Shown here piece by piece: positions 29,680 through 38,297 of a stretch of 42,690 bases of DNA (the stretch's first letter is position 1; each line of letters starts with the position of its first letter). The notes under the pieces are model-generated. The model did not search any database. It was not told where the DNA came from and saw only the letters and a program-made list of their open reading frames with translations. Source of the DNA: Thermoplasmata archaeon (GTDB lineage: Archaea > Thermoplasmatota > Thermoplasmata > Lutacidiplasmatales > UBA184); the NCBI GenBank assembly GCA_049800095.1, contig JBARJD010000044.1, positions 1 through 42,690 of the forward strand, read 5' to 3'. Both the position numbers and the translations under genes were made by a program.

Positions 29680-30318
29680 GTGGATGACAGCGTCCCGTTT
29701 TTCAAGCAAACCATGTTGGGAAGCTGCGGCCCGGCCTGCGTCCAGATGGTCCGCGGCTGGCTTGCGGGTTCTACCGCCGTCCGGGCGAGATCGGACCTAG
29801 GTCCGTGGACCCGCAGCTGGATTTTCCCATTCGGGATGACGGAATCGTATGGCCTGGCCGTTCTTCTGGCGAGATCTGGCGCGCGGGTGACCGTCTTTAA
29901 GGAGCGCCCGGGATTTCACTTCCACCCCGAAACCGGGACATTTTTTGACGTCGTCGGTTCGGCTTTTGGTTACCTCGGACGTCCACTGGCTCGGATCCGG
30001 AGGTGGCAAGCCCGCCGACAGGGCATCCAGGTTTCCATTGGTCCCCTCACCGTAGCACGCCTTGGGGAACCCGATACCTTGGGTCGTCCGGCGATCGTGA
30101 TGGTGAACCAGGGGGCGTACGCGCCCGACCCGGACTTTCCGTCCGGCGTCTTACATTGGGTGGTCGTCACCGATTTCGACGCCACGGGGGTCCGGTTCCA
30201 TGACCCCGATCTGGGGCCGAACCAACGACTTTCTCGGAGCGATTTCGACAAAGCCATGGACGTTCGTTCCTTTGGGATCGACCGCCAGATGGTCCTAACT
30301 GACCGGGGCCCGTCCTGA
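29680..30318 (+). CDS. Peptidase C39-like (papain-fold cysteine peptidase) domain protein
   Basis: QTMLGSCGPACVQMV (Cys motif) and VLHWVVVTDFDATGVRFHDPD (His motif) resemble C39-family peptidases. The start codon is uncertain. Confidence 0.5.
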   Translation: MDDSVPFFKQTMLGSCGPACVQMVRGWLAGSTAVRARSDLGPWTRSWIFPFGMTESYGLAVLLARSGARVTVFKERPGFHFHPETGTFFDVVGSAFGYLGRPLARIRRWQARRQGIQVSIGPLTVARLGEPDTLGRPAIVMVNQGAYAPDPDFPSGVLHWVVVTDFDATGVRFHDPDLGPNQRLSRSDFDKAMDVRSFGIDRQMVLTDRGPS

Positions 30319-30394
30319 ACCGCCGTCCTCCACGGGTGCGAGTGGCCCAGGAACTCCTGCCGGTACCAACCGAAGCATATCGATGCATCCGGAG

Positions 30395-30414
30395 GGTGCA
30401 ATGCGACTTGCGCC
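30395..30414. repeat. Intergenic palindrome (1 mismatch)
   Basis: GGTGCAA tgcgac TTGCgCC, in a convergent spacer. Confidence 0.8.
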
Positions 30415-30433
30415 TCATGCTCTGCGACCTACT

Positions 30434-30712
30434 TCAGAGTCGGGAAAGTCCCTTGTAGGCCCCCGGTCGCGGCCTGAATGTGAGGAAGACGACTTTGTCA
30501 CCTTCGACTCGATAAAGTCCGCGGTATCCGTTCACTCGGAGTGTCCATAACCTCTGACCACCCCGAAGTTGATGGACGTCTAATTGGGGCGTCCCCCGAA
30601 ACGGATTCCGGGACACAATGTCGAACACAGCTTCGAATTGCCGTTGAACGGGACGCGGGAGCTTCAAAAACTCGCGGCGGGCAGATTCCGTGACCTGGAG
30701 ACGGTAGGTCAA
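30434..30712 (-). CDS. RelE/ParE-family toxin
   Basis: ...FLKLPRPVQRQFEAVFDIVSRNP...RLWTLRVNGYRGLYRVEGDKVVFLTFRPR. TTG start directly abuts the antitoxin stop (TGATTG). Confidence 0.8.
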   Translation of the reverse strand: MTYRLQVTESARREFLKLPRPVQRQFEAVFDIVSRNPFRGTPQLDVHQLRGGQRLWTLRVNGYRGLYRVEGDKVVFLTFRPRPGAYKGLSRL

Positions 30713-30961
30713 TCACAGTCCCGCGTCCCGGAGAACCTGATCCATAGGAAACCGCTTCTCGGCGCGAAATCGCCGTTCCATTTCCTCGAGGAACTCTTTC
30801 GGGGGAAATTCCTCCATCAACTCCAGGAGGATGTCCCCGTAGGTCTGCCCTGGTTTCTTGTAGCGTTCGAGGGCCTGCCGTACTGCAGTCGGGATCGTAA
30901 TGGTGGTAGGTCGGACACTCGCAGCCATTGGAACCATGATCTTCCGCAATTGACTTAACAA
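30713..30961 (-). CDS. Small antitoxin of the archaeal putative-antitoxin type (PF02697-like, by resemblance)
   Basis: TTITIPTAVRQALERYKKPGQTYGDILLELMEE shares its pattern with the antitoxins at 37001, 37721, 39442 and 40981. Confidence 0.7.
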   Translation of the reverse strand: MLSQLRKIMVPMAASVRPTTITIPTAVRQALERYKKPGQTYGDILLELMEEFPPKEFLEEMERRFRAEKRFPMDQVLRDAGL

Positions 30962-31037
30962 TTGTGACGCAACTGAACGCTGTCAGTCTAGAATCGCCGA
31001 CATTTGCCGCGGCCGCAGAGCATGAATCCCCCACAAG

Positions 31038-31057
31038 GGTGCAATCGGCATTGCACC
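31038..31057. repeat. Intergenic palindrome, perfect copy
   Basis: GGTGCAA tcggca TTGCACC. Confidence 0.9.
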
Positions 31058-31211
31058 TACGGCCATTGGTCCGATTCATCACGGGAGGGTCGAACCTGCT
31101 CGGCCTCGGTCGAAGGTTAGGCCAGCCAATGCACAGCACTTAGCGACGGGGGTGACCTAAAAGAGAAGGGGTGGGCCGACCAATTCTCTCTCCATCCTGG
31201 CGCGACGTCGC

Positions 31212-32489
31212 TCAGAAGATGTAGGCGTGGCCAGCGTCGGCGAGCCCGCTGGCAGTCTCACCAGGGGCGCCCACCACCACGGTTGTGCCGCTTACGGCGA
31301 CTGAAGCCCCAAAGAATCCCTTGGATAGCGTGTTGAGACTCGTCAGCGTGCTGATCAGCGCTCCCGTCTTGGCGTTGAACGTGAATGCATGGCCTGCCTC
31401 GGAGAATCCATCAGCACTCTCACCGTAGCCACCCACGATCACCGTTGTGCCGCTTATGAAGACCGAATACCCAAAACCTCCATCGTCCACGTACTTTGGT
31501 GCGATAGGGCTCGTGAGGGTTCTGATGAGAGTACCCGTCTTGGCGTTGAACTCGTAGGCATGGCCACCATCGGTCAGCCCGTTGGCAGTCTCATACGGAG
31601 CACCCACGACCGTGGTACTTCCGCTTATGGCGACAGAAGTCCCAGAGTATCCATATTGCTGCGCGTTGGGACTCGTCAGTGTACTGAATAACGCACCCGT
31701 CTTGGCGTTGAACGTGTAGACATGGCCAGCGTAGGTCTGTCCGCTGGGGGTCTCATAGTCGGCGCCCACGACCACGGTAGTGCTGCTGACCGCAACTGAA
31801 TCCCCAAAGTATCCGGGTTCCTGTGCGTTCGGACTCGAGAGCGTTCTGATCAGAGTTCCGGTCTTGGCGTTGAACTCGTAGGCGTGGCCTGCAGCGGACA
31901 CTCCCTTGGCGGTCTCACCAGAGGCGCCCACGACCGCGGTACTGCCGCTTATGGCGACCGAAACCCCAAAGGTTCCACCCGACTGCGCGTTGGGACTCGT
32001 GAGCGTTCTGATCAGAGCACCCGTCTCGGCGTTGAACTCGTAGGCATGGCCAGCAGCGGACGCTCCCTTGACGATCTCACCAGAGGCGCCCACGACCGCG
32101 GTCGTGCCGCTCACGGCGACTGAAGCCCCAAAGAATCCATCCTTCTGCGCGTTGGGACTTGTCAGCGTACTGATTAACGCGCCCGTCTTAGCGTCAAACA
32201 AGTAGGAATGTCCAGCATCGGGGTCTCCTTTGACAGTCTCACGGGGGGCGCCCACGACGACGGTCGTACCGCTCACAGCGACCGAATCCCCAAAGTCTCC
32301 ACGGAAGAGTGCATTGGGACTCGTTAGTGTCACCACCATGATGCCTGCCGGGGAGGCAACCGCGATCGGGCTGAATTGAACCGCGAGTAGCACTAACGCT
32401 CCCAACACGACCAGCACAATGCCCAGAGCTACCGGGCGTGTCTTCGTGGCGCGTTGTCGACTTGCCACTTTCCAAATGCGGAGACTCAT
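31212..32489 (-). CDS. Secreted/anchored 7-repeat FG-GAP-like beta-propeller protein
   Basis: N-terminal TM/signal segment, then seven units of about 50 aa: TLTSPNAQ..G.FG.SVA(V/I)SG(T/S)T.VVGA..E...G...AGHAY.FNAKTGALI. Confidence 0.75.
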   Translation of the reverse strand: MSLRIWKVASRQRATKTRPVALGIVLVVLGALVLLAVQFSPIAVASPAGIMVVTLTSPNALFRGDFGDSVAVSGTTVVVGAPRETVKGDPDAGHSYLFDAKTGALISTLTSPNAQKDGFFGASVAVSGTTAVVGASGEIVKGASAAGHAYEFNAETGALIRTLTSPNAQSGGTFGVSVAISGSTAVVGASGETAKGVSAAGHAYEFNAKTGTLIRTLSSPNAQEPGYFGDSVAVSSTTVVVGADYETPSGQTYAGHVYTFNAKTGALFSTLTSPNAQQYGYSGTSVAISGSTTVVGAPYETANGLTDGGHAYEFNAKTGTLIRTLTSPIAPKYVDDGGFGYSVFISGTTVIVGGYGESADGFSEAGHAFTFNAKTGALISTLTSLNTLSKGFFGASVAVSGTTVVVGAPGETASGLADAGHAYIF

Positions 32490-32937
32490 CGAAACCCCGT
32501 ACGGTTCGGCGCAAAGCCGCCACGTGTGTAGACTTTTACTCGAGGCACAATCGAAGCCTCCTGCTCTCGTCGGCCCCGACCTTGCGTCCGAAGCCCCGCC
32601 TTGGCCCGCCCGATCAAGTCCGAAGGGAGCTAGATCGGGTCGCGGTCCGGGTTGGTCCGAGTCAGCGTCGGGCGGTCCTCGGTCAGCCGGAGGGCTGCTG
32701 CGACTCAGTTACGTAGGTCTCGATGGGATTGAACTTGCCCCGCCTGACGATGACGGTTAAAGGGTTAGTCTCCGGGGTTCTCCAGATCAAACTGGAATTA
32801 GTCATGGGTCGGGTTACGACTGCGTTCGTAACAGGCCTCAAACTAGAATAGGGGTGCCTTTGGCCCGAATCGACCTTTTTCAAATGGGGGGGAAGCTCTA
32901 ACGTCTCCCCCTGGCGGGCTCTCGAAGATACTGCCGA

Positions 32938-32957
32938 GGTACCATCTCCATTGCATC
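32938..32957. repeat. Degenerate palindrome copy
   Basis: GGTaCcA tctcca TTGCAtC, followed by CACTT. Confidence 0.4.
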
Positions 32958-33018
32958 CACTTTCGCGCGGTCACCACGATGGACTGCCCTATGCGTAAGG
33001 CACCCCACCACTTTGCCC

Positions 33019-33043
33019 GATATTATACGAAACGTATAATATC
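33019..33043. promoter_or_regulatory. Perfect 11-3-11 palindrome upstream of the 33064 wHTH gene (candidate operator/TATA overlap)
   Basis: GATATTATACG aaa CGTATAATATC, 21-45 nt upstream of the ATG. Confidence 0.6.
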
Positions 33044-33063
33044 TAACAAATCCTTCATCCAGC

Positions 33064-33381
33064 ATGGATCCCCTGTTTGGTAGCGAGACCCGAGCGCTGG
33101 TGCTGGACCAGTTGGCCAGCACTCCACGGCCACAGTCCGCCTACCGGATAGCCAGGACCGTCGGAGCACAACCGATCCAAGTACTCCGAATCTTGAAGGG
33201 TTTGAGTGAGTACGCCGTGCACTCAGACATCGGTTGGGTGCTCAAAGATGAGTCTCTGAGACGCTTTCTTCGGGAGAGGTTGGCCTACCGAGAATTAGTG
33301 AGGCGGAATGAGAAGGACGAGATTCTCATTCGGTTTGGCATGAAGCCGAGCACGTCGTATGAACGGCCGCGAGTTCGATAG
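33064..33381 (+). CDS. Winged-helix DNA-binding protein (AbiEi-like), pair 2
   Basis: LFGSETRALVLDQLASTPRPQSAYRIARTVGAQPIQVLRILKGL parallels the N-terminus of 27849..28334. Confidence 0.6.
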   Translation: MDPLFGSETRALVLDQLASTPRPQSAYRIARTVGAQPIQVLRILKGLSEYAVHSDIGWVLKDESLRRFLRERLAYRELVRRNEKDEILIRFGMKPSTSYERPRVR

Positions 33382-33907
33382 CGTCCTCGCGGCAGCGTCC
33401 ACTCTCGAAGACCGCATCTCGTGGTTCGGCGCTCTTCTTGCAAGAGAGTGCAAGACCGACATCGAGATTGTCGGCGGTTCCGCCATCGAGATCTACTTGG
33501 CGTCGGCGAACTACGTTTCTCATGGTATCGACCTGGTCGGTCCCAAGGAGGTGATAAGACCCGTGCTAGGAAAATGGGGCTTCCGGGAGGTTGAGGGCCG
33601 TAGCCATCGGGGCTACTGGTTCAAGCCTGTGGTTGGGCTGGTCGACGTAGTGGGGATCGGGGATCGCTCCGGGCTTAAGCCTCGCCGGATGGAGACTCCC
33701 CACGGACCGGTGTTCGTAAGCGCCGCTGAACCTCTCATCATAAGGCGCCTGTCGCGCGCTCATCGCGAAGGATCCAAAGCCCTCTACTTGCAAGCCGTCC
33801 AGCTTGGTACGCGCGGCGGGCTGGATTGGGAGTATCTGGAGACCATGGCCAAATTCGAAGGGGTTGCTTCGCTCCTAAGAAAACTTCGAAAGGACCTCAA
33901 AGCCTGA
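33359..33907 (+). CDS. Minimal nucleotidyltransferase-fold protein, pair 2
   Basis: RISWFGALLARECKTDIEIVGGSAIEIYLASANYVSHGIDLVG is collinear with 27274..27852. The gene overlaps the wHTH gene by 23 nt. Confidence 0.6.
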   Translation: MNGREFDSVLAAASTLEDRISWFGALLARECKTDIEIVGGSAIEIYLASANYVSHGIDLVGPKEVIRPVLGKWGFREVEGRSHRGYWFKPVVGLVDVVGIGDRSGLKPRRMETPHGPVFVSAAEPLIIRRLSRAHREGSKALYLQAVQLGTRGGLDWEYLETMAKFEGVASLLRKLRKDLKA

Positions 33908-34028
33908 ACAAGTACTTCTCGAGCGGGAGTGGGTACCGGCCGGGGTCGCATACGCTTCGGGGCCAGACGAATAACGCGCTGGGTCGATGCGACTTCTGTT
34001 GCTCAGTTTCCTTTTACTCCTCAGAGTA

Positions 34029-34048
34029 GGTGCAACAAACCGTGCACC
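34029..34048. repeat. Intergenic palindrome (1 mismatch)
   Basis: GGTGCAA caaacc gTGCACC, followed by CATGAGTG. Confidence 0.8.
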
Positions 34049-34114
34049 CATGAGTGTAGCCGCGGCTCTGTCCGTCCACGATCGCCGGGTCGATGGAAGA
34101 CCTAGGAGAGCGGA

Positions 34115-34429
34115 TTAGCCACCTCTTTTTGTGTGCCTCTCGTTTCTTCGCTTGAACACGTTCTTCTCGGACTGAAGGACCGACTTCAGTCCCTCGACGT
34201 TCATCTTAAGATAAACTAGATCGGAATGGAACATCGTTACTCCTCGTTTCAGCCGCGAGGACCTTTGTGATTTCAACACGTGTTCCAGTTGTCGCGCATG
34301 CAAAAGAAGCGGTTCAACTCTAAGCTTGACCCAGTCCGTCGAGGGCTCAATTTTGGAGAACTCCCTCTTCAACTTCTCCAGAGCTTTCCTTAGTGCGGGG
34401 ACATTTGCCTTGTAGACTCTATCGACCAT
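34115..34429 (-). CDS. Hypothetical basic helical protein
   Basis: 104-aa ORF in a lower-GC patch. The composition looks protein-like, but no family was recognised. Confidence 0.4.
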   Translation of the reverse strand: MVDRVYKANVPALRKALEKLKREFSKIEPSTDWVKLRVEPLLLHARQLEHVLKSQRSSRLKRGVTMFHSDLVYLKMNVEGLKSVLQSEKNVFKRRNERHTKRGG

Positions 34430-34547
34430 CGTCTGTGTCCTACACTGTAGCCAATCCTGACGAGATTATGGCAACTCGCGCGTCCGAACCTCTCGTAGGA
34501 CCGGCATCTAACACGAGTGGGTGGGACGATGTTACGCGACGGATGGG

Positions 34548-34567
34548 GGTGCAACATCGCTTGCCCT
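34548..34567. repeat. Intergenic palindrome (2 mismatches)
   Basis: GGTGCAA catcgc TTGCcCt. Confidence 0.6.
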
Positions 34568-34659
34568 CACCCCAGCAGGTCACAGTCCTCATTGCAACCA
34601 CATCTCTCTGAAACTCACTCCCCCCTCTTTGTCGGGCCGGTACCAATAAGTACAAATGC

Positions 34660-35754
34660 GTGCCCGCCTTTCTCCCGCGTCCGGTTGTCGACATGGACCT
34701 AACGGACATTTGGCTCGCCATCGTAGCCCTCGGTGCCTCGATGATCAACGGGGCCATCGGGTACGGTTTCTCTTCCATCGTCACACCAATCGCACTGCTT
34801 TGGATTTCGAACAAGATCCTGAACCCGGCCGTCGTCACTGTCGAGCTGCTCGTCAATATTACGCTCCTATTTCGGGAGCGCTCGTTCATCCCGCTGACAA
34901 AGGGCCGGGCCATGCCGGTGGTATGGACGCTGTTTCCGGGTGTGCTCCTCGGCACTATCGGACTCACCTACCTCGCGGTCAACGATGTGAAGGTCGTCGT
35001 CTATCTCGTCCTCCTGCCGATGGTAGTCGTCCAGGTGCTCGGGCTCCGGCGGCCTTTCACCAACGAGCGACGCAGCGGGTCGGTTATCGGTCCTGGAATT
35101 GGTTTCTTGTACGCCTTGACGACGATCTCGGGCCCTCCGCTGGCCATCTTCTTCCGGAACCAGGGCCTTTCCAAGGATGAGTTCCGCTGCACTCTTGCCC
35201 AAGTCCGAGTCGCCGAGTCGAGCCTTACCCTAGCGACTTACTTCGTCTTCACCGAGTTCTTCGGGGCGTCCCTCGTCTCCGCCCCTGCGGCGGGACTCAT
35301 CCCGTTCTTGCTCATTCCCGTAATCATCGGTGTGCCAGCGGGTGCCTGGATTCTCAACCACGTTTCCCGGGACGTGTTCACTCGATTCGTTATGGCGATG
35401 GACGGGCTCGTGGTCTCCTTTGGTCTCTCGGAGGCTATTGTGAAATTGAAGTGGGTCGGGTCGACGATTAGCTACGTCCTTTTCGGTCTCCTCGCTGCAG
35501 TTGTCCTCGGGTTGTCTGCCTACTCCCTTTACCGCCTACCCGGCTCCCGAAAGTTGGTGGATTCTCGACCTACTGCTTTCTCTGGAGTGGCTAATCCTCA
35601 ATCGACCGCCGCCCCAGGCGTCCCGCCCCAAGCGACTGCTGACCCACACGCAGCGCTAGGAATCGAGGCCCCTAGGCGCGTTGTGGCTACCCCAGCAGGA
35701 GAACAGCCCCTTCCTGGGCCGGCTCTTCCCCAGATTCCATCGGACCGCGAGTAG
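34660..35754 (+). CDS. TauE/SafE (TSUP, DUF81) family anion exporter with Pro-rich C-terminal tail
   Basis: ASMINGAIGYGFSSIVTPIALLW..., about 8 TM helices. The start may be the Met at 34693. Confidence 0.8.
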   Translation: MPAFLPRPVVDMDLTDIWLAIVALGASMINGAIGYGFSSIVTPIALLWISNKILNPAVVTVELLVNITLLFRERSFIPLTKGRAMPVVWTLFPGVLLGTIGLTYLAVNDVKVVVYLVLLPMVVVQVLGLRRPFTNERRSGSVIGPGIGFLYALTTISGPPLAIFFRNQGLSKDEFRCTLAQVRVAESSLTLATYFVFTEFFGASLVSAPAAGLIPFLLIPVIIGVPAGAWILNHVSRDVFTRFVMAMDGLVVSFGLSEAIVKLKWVGSTISYVLFGLLAAVVLGLSAYSLYRLPGSRKLVDSRPTAFSGVANPQSTAAPGVPPQATADPHAALGIEAPRRVVATPAGEQPLPGPALPQIPSDRE

Positions 35755-35884
35755 GGTTGGTCCCAACGGCCTCGATCACGAGAGCAGTTTCGGCGGGGGA
35801 ACCACTGGGACTACCGCCCATCTCCTATGAGCTCAGTCAGATTCGAACCACACTTCAAGAGTTCTGGGTGGACCCAGGACTAGA

Positions 35885-35904
35885 AGTGCAAACCCCATTG
35901 CACC
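35885..35904. repeat. Intergenic palindrome (1 mismatch)
   Basis: aGTGCAA acccca TTGCACC, 48 nt past the hepT stop. Confidence 0.8.
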
Positions 35905-35951
35905 TTTCAACGAGCGCCGTGACTGAGTCAGTGGGACTTATTCTCGGAATC

Positions 35952-36296
35952 CTAAGGCAAGACAGCCCGATCGAGCAAACGACGAATTCCTGGCAGCTCA
36001 TCTCGGACGAAGGTCCAGAGGTCTTCCAGGTCAACTTCGACGTACTCGTGCACTAGACCACGGTTCCGCAATCTGCTGAGCCGTTCCCACGGAACTCGAG
36101 GGTTGAGGTTCTTGAAAGCTGGAGACGTTTTTTCGGCTGACTCTGTAAAGTGAATCAAGTCGAGAAGTACGGCCTTTTGGGCGAGTCCGCGCAGTAGAAA
36201 CATCGCCTTTCCTCCCGCAGCGTCACGTTTTGCTTCCTCAGCAGCCTCCGTCATCGCGGTCACCCGCAGCTTATCGCGCATCGATTTGCTGGTCAT
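35952..36296 (-). CDS. hepT: HepT-type HEPN toxin (DUF86)
   Basis: RNRGLVHEY matches the RX4HXY motif of DUF86 toxins. The gene overlaps mntA by 4 nt. Confidence 0.85.
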   Translation of the reverse strand: MTSKSMRDKLRVTAMTEAAEEAKRDAAGGKAMFLLRGLAQKAVLLDLIHFTESAEKTSPAFKNLNPRVPWERLSRLRNRGLVHEYVEVDLEDLWTFVRDELPGIRRLLDRAVLP

Positions 36297-36757
36297 AGTG
36301 GAACCGCCTCGGCAACGACCTGCGGCTGGATGAACCAGTGCAGACTATCTTCGGTAGCGACGTCGACGTGGCGGCCCAGCAGCGTCTCCAAGTCCTGAGC
36401 TAGGTCCAACGTCCGGAGTTTGGACTTTGCTGCCTGGGATCGATCAAAGTCAACGAGAAGATCGATGTCGCTCTTCGGCGAGGCGGCCCGCCTAGCGAGG
36501 GAACCGAAGACACGGATCTCGCGAACATGGTAGCGCTGTGCGATTCGTTCGATTCTCGTAAGGTACGGCCCTAGGACTTGCTCGATGCCAAGCCCATCCC
36601 CCCGAGCAGGGACTCGAATCCTTGGCTCGTCCCAGTACGGCGACTTGCAACGCGGGCAGATCCGGACAACCTGCCCCCGAGGAGTCCAGGAGTTACCGCA
36701 TCTGTAACAATGGAGTTCAGGAATGGCGATTTCGTGCATATTCCCGCTATCCGCCAT
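36293..36757 (-). CDS. mntA: MntA-type minimal nucleotidyltransferase antitoxin with N-terminal zinc ribbon
   Basis: CYRCGNSWTPRGQVVRICPRC zinc ribbon, followed by VFGSLARRAASPKSDIDLLVDF (the GSx10-11DxD NTase motif). Confidence 0.85.
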   Translation of the reverse strand: MADSGNMHEIAIPELHCYRCGNSWTPRGQVVRICPRCKSPYWDEPRIRVPARGDGLGIEQVLGPYLTRIERIAQRYHVREIRVFGSLARRAASPKSDIDLLVDFDRSQAAKSKLRTLDLAQDLETLLGRHVDVATEDSLHWFIQPQVVAEAVPL

Positions 36758-36856
36758 ATGTTAAAAACTTACGTATAAGTAAGTAATGTAAGGTGTCCGC
36801 ATTCGGTAAACTCCTGAGCAATGGTCCACGCATCGCCTTCCATCGCGTCGGCGAGG

Positions 36857-36877
36857 GGTGCAGTTCCCATTGCAACC
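36857..36877. repeat. Intergenic palindrome (variant arms)
   Basis: GGTGCAg ttccca TTGCAaCC. Confidence 0.7.
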
Positions 36878-36960
36878 TTCCGGGCGAGCTTCAAGATCGA
36901 ATCGCAGACAGGTGAAAAGCAACAATGGTCATTCCCCGTGCCGCTGTCGGCTAGAAATAC

Positions 36961-36966
36961 TTTAAA
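36961..36966 (+). promoter_or_regulatory. TATA-like box of TA cassette 1
   Basis: aaatacTTTAAAgggcc, 35-40 nt upstream of the ATG at 37001. It is duplicated at 37681. Confidence 0.55.
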
Positions 36967-37000
36967 GGGCCTAACCCCATAGTGTCTATGGGAGTGGGCT

Positions 37001-37213
37001 ATGGGGGCCACGAGTATCTCGGTTTCTCAAGAGACGCGCAAGCTGCTGGAGAGTCTAAAGACCGGAGGCGAAACGTATGATGACGTAATCCGCGGCCTCA
37101 TCATATCCCATCCGAACCGGCTGACGATGGCAGAGCTATCCCGGAGGATCCGGGAAGGGCACCGCCATCCAATCGAGGAACTGATATCGAAGAGCCGCCA
37201 CCAACCCTACTGA
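37001..37213 (+). CDS. Small antitoxin (PF02697-like), tandem copy 1
   Basis: MGATSISVSQETRKLLESLKTGGETYDDVIRGLI... Confidence 0.75.
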   Translation: MGATSISVSQETRKLLESLKTGGETYDDVIRGLIISHPNRLTMAELSRRIREGHRHPIEELISKSRHQPY

Positions 37214-37220
37214 GAACGCA

Positions 37221-37553
37221 GTGCCGTTCCGGATTGTCTCGATTGATGAGGCCGACGGAGAGTTTCTAAGTTTGCCGCCAGCGGTGCGTGAAGTCTTCAT
37301 CGCGGCTTTTCGGGAGCTGGCCGCATCCGATGCCCCGGTCATGCGTGGGAATGACTGGTACACCGAGGAGCTCCGCCAGAATCAGCGGATCGCCCCAGGC
37401 GGCTTGTTCTCGCTCCATGTCGGAGCACTTTGGCGGGCAGCATTCTTTCGCGACAAGGACACACTCGTCTTCATCGGGTTCGGCTACCGAGTCCCTGAGT
37501 TCTATGACAGGCTCGCGCGACTCCGAAAATCGCTGGACTCCCGCACCGAGTGA
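37221..37553 (+). CDS. RelE/ParE-superfamily-like toxin, tandem copy 1
   Basis: 110 aa with a GTG start 8 nt after the antitoxin stop. ...LFSLHVGALWRAAFFRDKDTLVFIGFGYR resembles the RelE/ParE C-terminal sheet. Confidence 0.6.
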   Translation: MPFRIVSIDEADGEFLSLPPAVREVFIAAFRELAASDAPVMRGNDWYTEELRQNQRIAPGGLFSLHVGALWRAAFFRDKDTLVFIGFGYRVPEFYDRLARLRKSLDSRTE

Positions 37554-37577
37554 CTACATCCTCCCGGTCTTTCGGAA

Positions 37578-37597
37578 GGTGCAACCCCCATTGCACC
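37578..37597. repeat. Intergenic palindrome, perfect copy
   Basis: GGTGCAA ccccca TTGCACC. The flanks extend the pairing (cggaa...tttccg). Confidence 0.9.
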
Positions 37598-37680
37598 TTT
37601 CCGCGCGCGGTAAATCTCAAAGGACAGTCGGTCCGATATGAATGAAGATCTGTCCCAACGTCGTTGTCGACTAGAGATAC

Positions 37681-37686
37681 TTTAAA
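37681..37686 (+). promoter_or_regulatory. TATA-like box of TA cassette 2
   Basis: agatacTTTAAAgggtcc. Confidence 0.55.
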
Positions 37687-37720
37687 GGGTCCAATCCAAT
37701 AGCGCCTATGGTAGAAGGCT

Positions 37721-37933
37721 ATGGGGGCCACTAGTATCTCGGTTTCTCAAGAGACGCGCAAGCTCTTGGAGAGTCTAAAAACGGGAGGCGAAACTTATGA
37801 TGACGTAATCCGGGGCCTCATCATTTCCCATCCGAACCGACTGGCGGTGGCAGAGCTATCCCGCAGGATCCGGGAAGGGCACCGTCATCCGATCGAGGAA
37901 CTGATAGCGAAGAGCCGCCGTCAACCCTACTGA
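37721..37933 (+). CDS. Small antitoxin, tandem copy 2
   Basis: 66 of 70 residues identical to copy 1. Confidence 0.75.
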   Translation: MGATSISVSQETRKLLESLKTGGETYDDVIRGLIISHPNRLAVAELSRRIREGHRHPIEELIAKSRRQPY

Positions 37934-37940
37934 GAACGCA

Positions 37941-38273
37941 GTGCCGTTCCGGATTGACTCGATTGACGATGCCGATGCGGAGTTTCTAAGTCTGCCGCCC
38001 GCGGTCCGTGAGGTCTTTATCGCAGCTTTCCGGGAGCTGGCCGCATCCAATGCCCCGGTCCTTCGTGGAAATGGGTGGCACACCGAGGAGCTTCGTCAGA
38101 ATCAGCGGATCGCCCATGGCGGTTTGTTCTCGGTGCATGTGGGAGCCCTTTGGCGGGGAGCATTCTTTCGCGACAGGGACGCACTCGTCTTCATCGGATT
38201 CGGCTTCCGGGTACCCGAGTTCTACGACAAGCTCGCGCGACTCCGAAAGTCTCTAGACGGCCGAACCCAGTGA
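37941..38273 (+). CDS. RelE/ParE-superfamily-like toxin, tandem copy 2
   Basis: 94 of 110 residues identical to copy 1. Confidence 0.6.
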   Translation: MPFRIDSIDDADAEFLSLPPAVREVFIAAFRELAASNAPVLRGNGWHTEELRQNQRIAHGGLFSVHVGALWRGAFFRDRDALVFIGFGFRVPEFYDKLARLRKSLDGRTQ

Positions 38274-38297
38274 GAATATCTTCCGTATCTCGCAGAA

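Noticed and set aside
31212-32489. Regular approx. 150-bp nucleotide periodicity that could be mistaken for a tandem repeat or CRISPR-like array.
   Set aside because: It is one continuous ORF encoding seven FG-GAP-like protein repeats. There are no short identical repeats with unique spacers, and no CRISPR array anywhere in the window.
35757-36056. ORF 35757..36056 (+, 99 aa).
   Set aside because: It overlaps the 3' end of hepT on the opposite strand and reads through the 35885 palindrome. It has no family resemblance.
36769-37731. Minus-strand ORFs 36769..37011 and 37471..37731, which have similar N-termini (MAPIAHSHRHYG / MAPIAFYHRRYW).
   Set aside because: The similarity exists only because both lie antisense to the duplicated promoter and antitoxin-start DNA. 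They span the palindrome and TATA box, and their sequences diverge completely outside the duplicated nucleotides.
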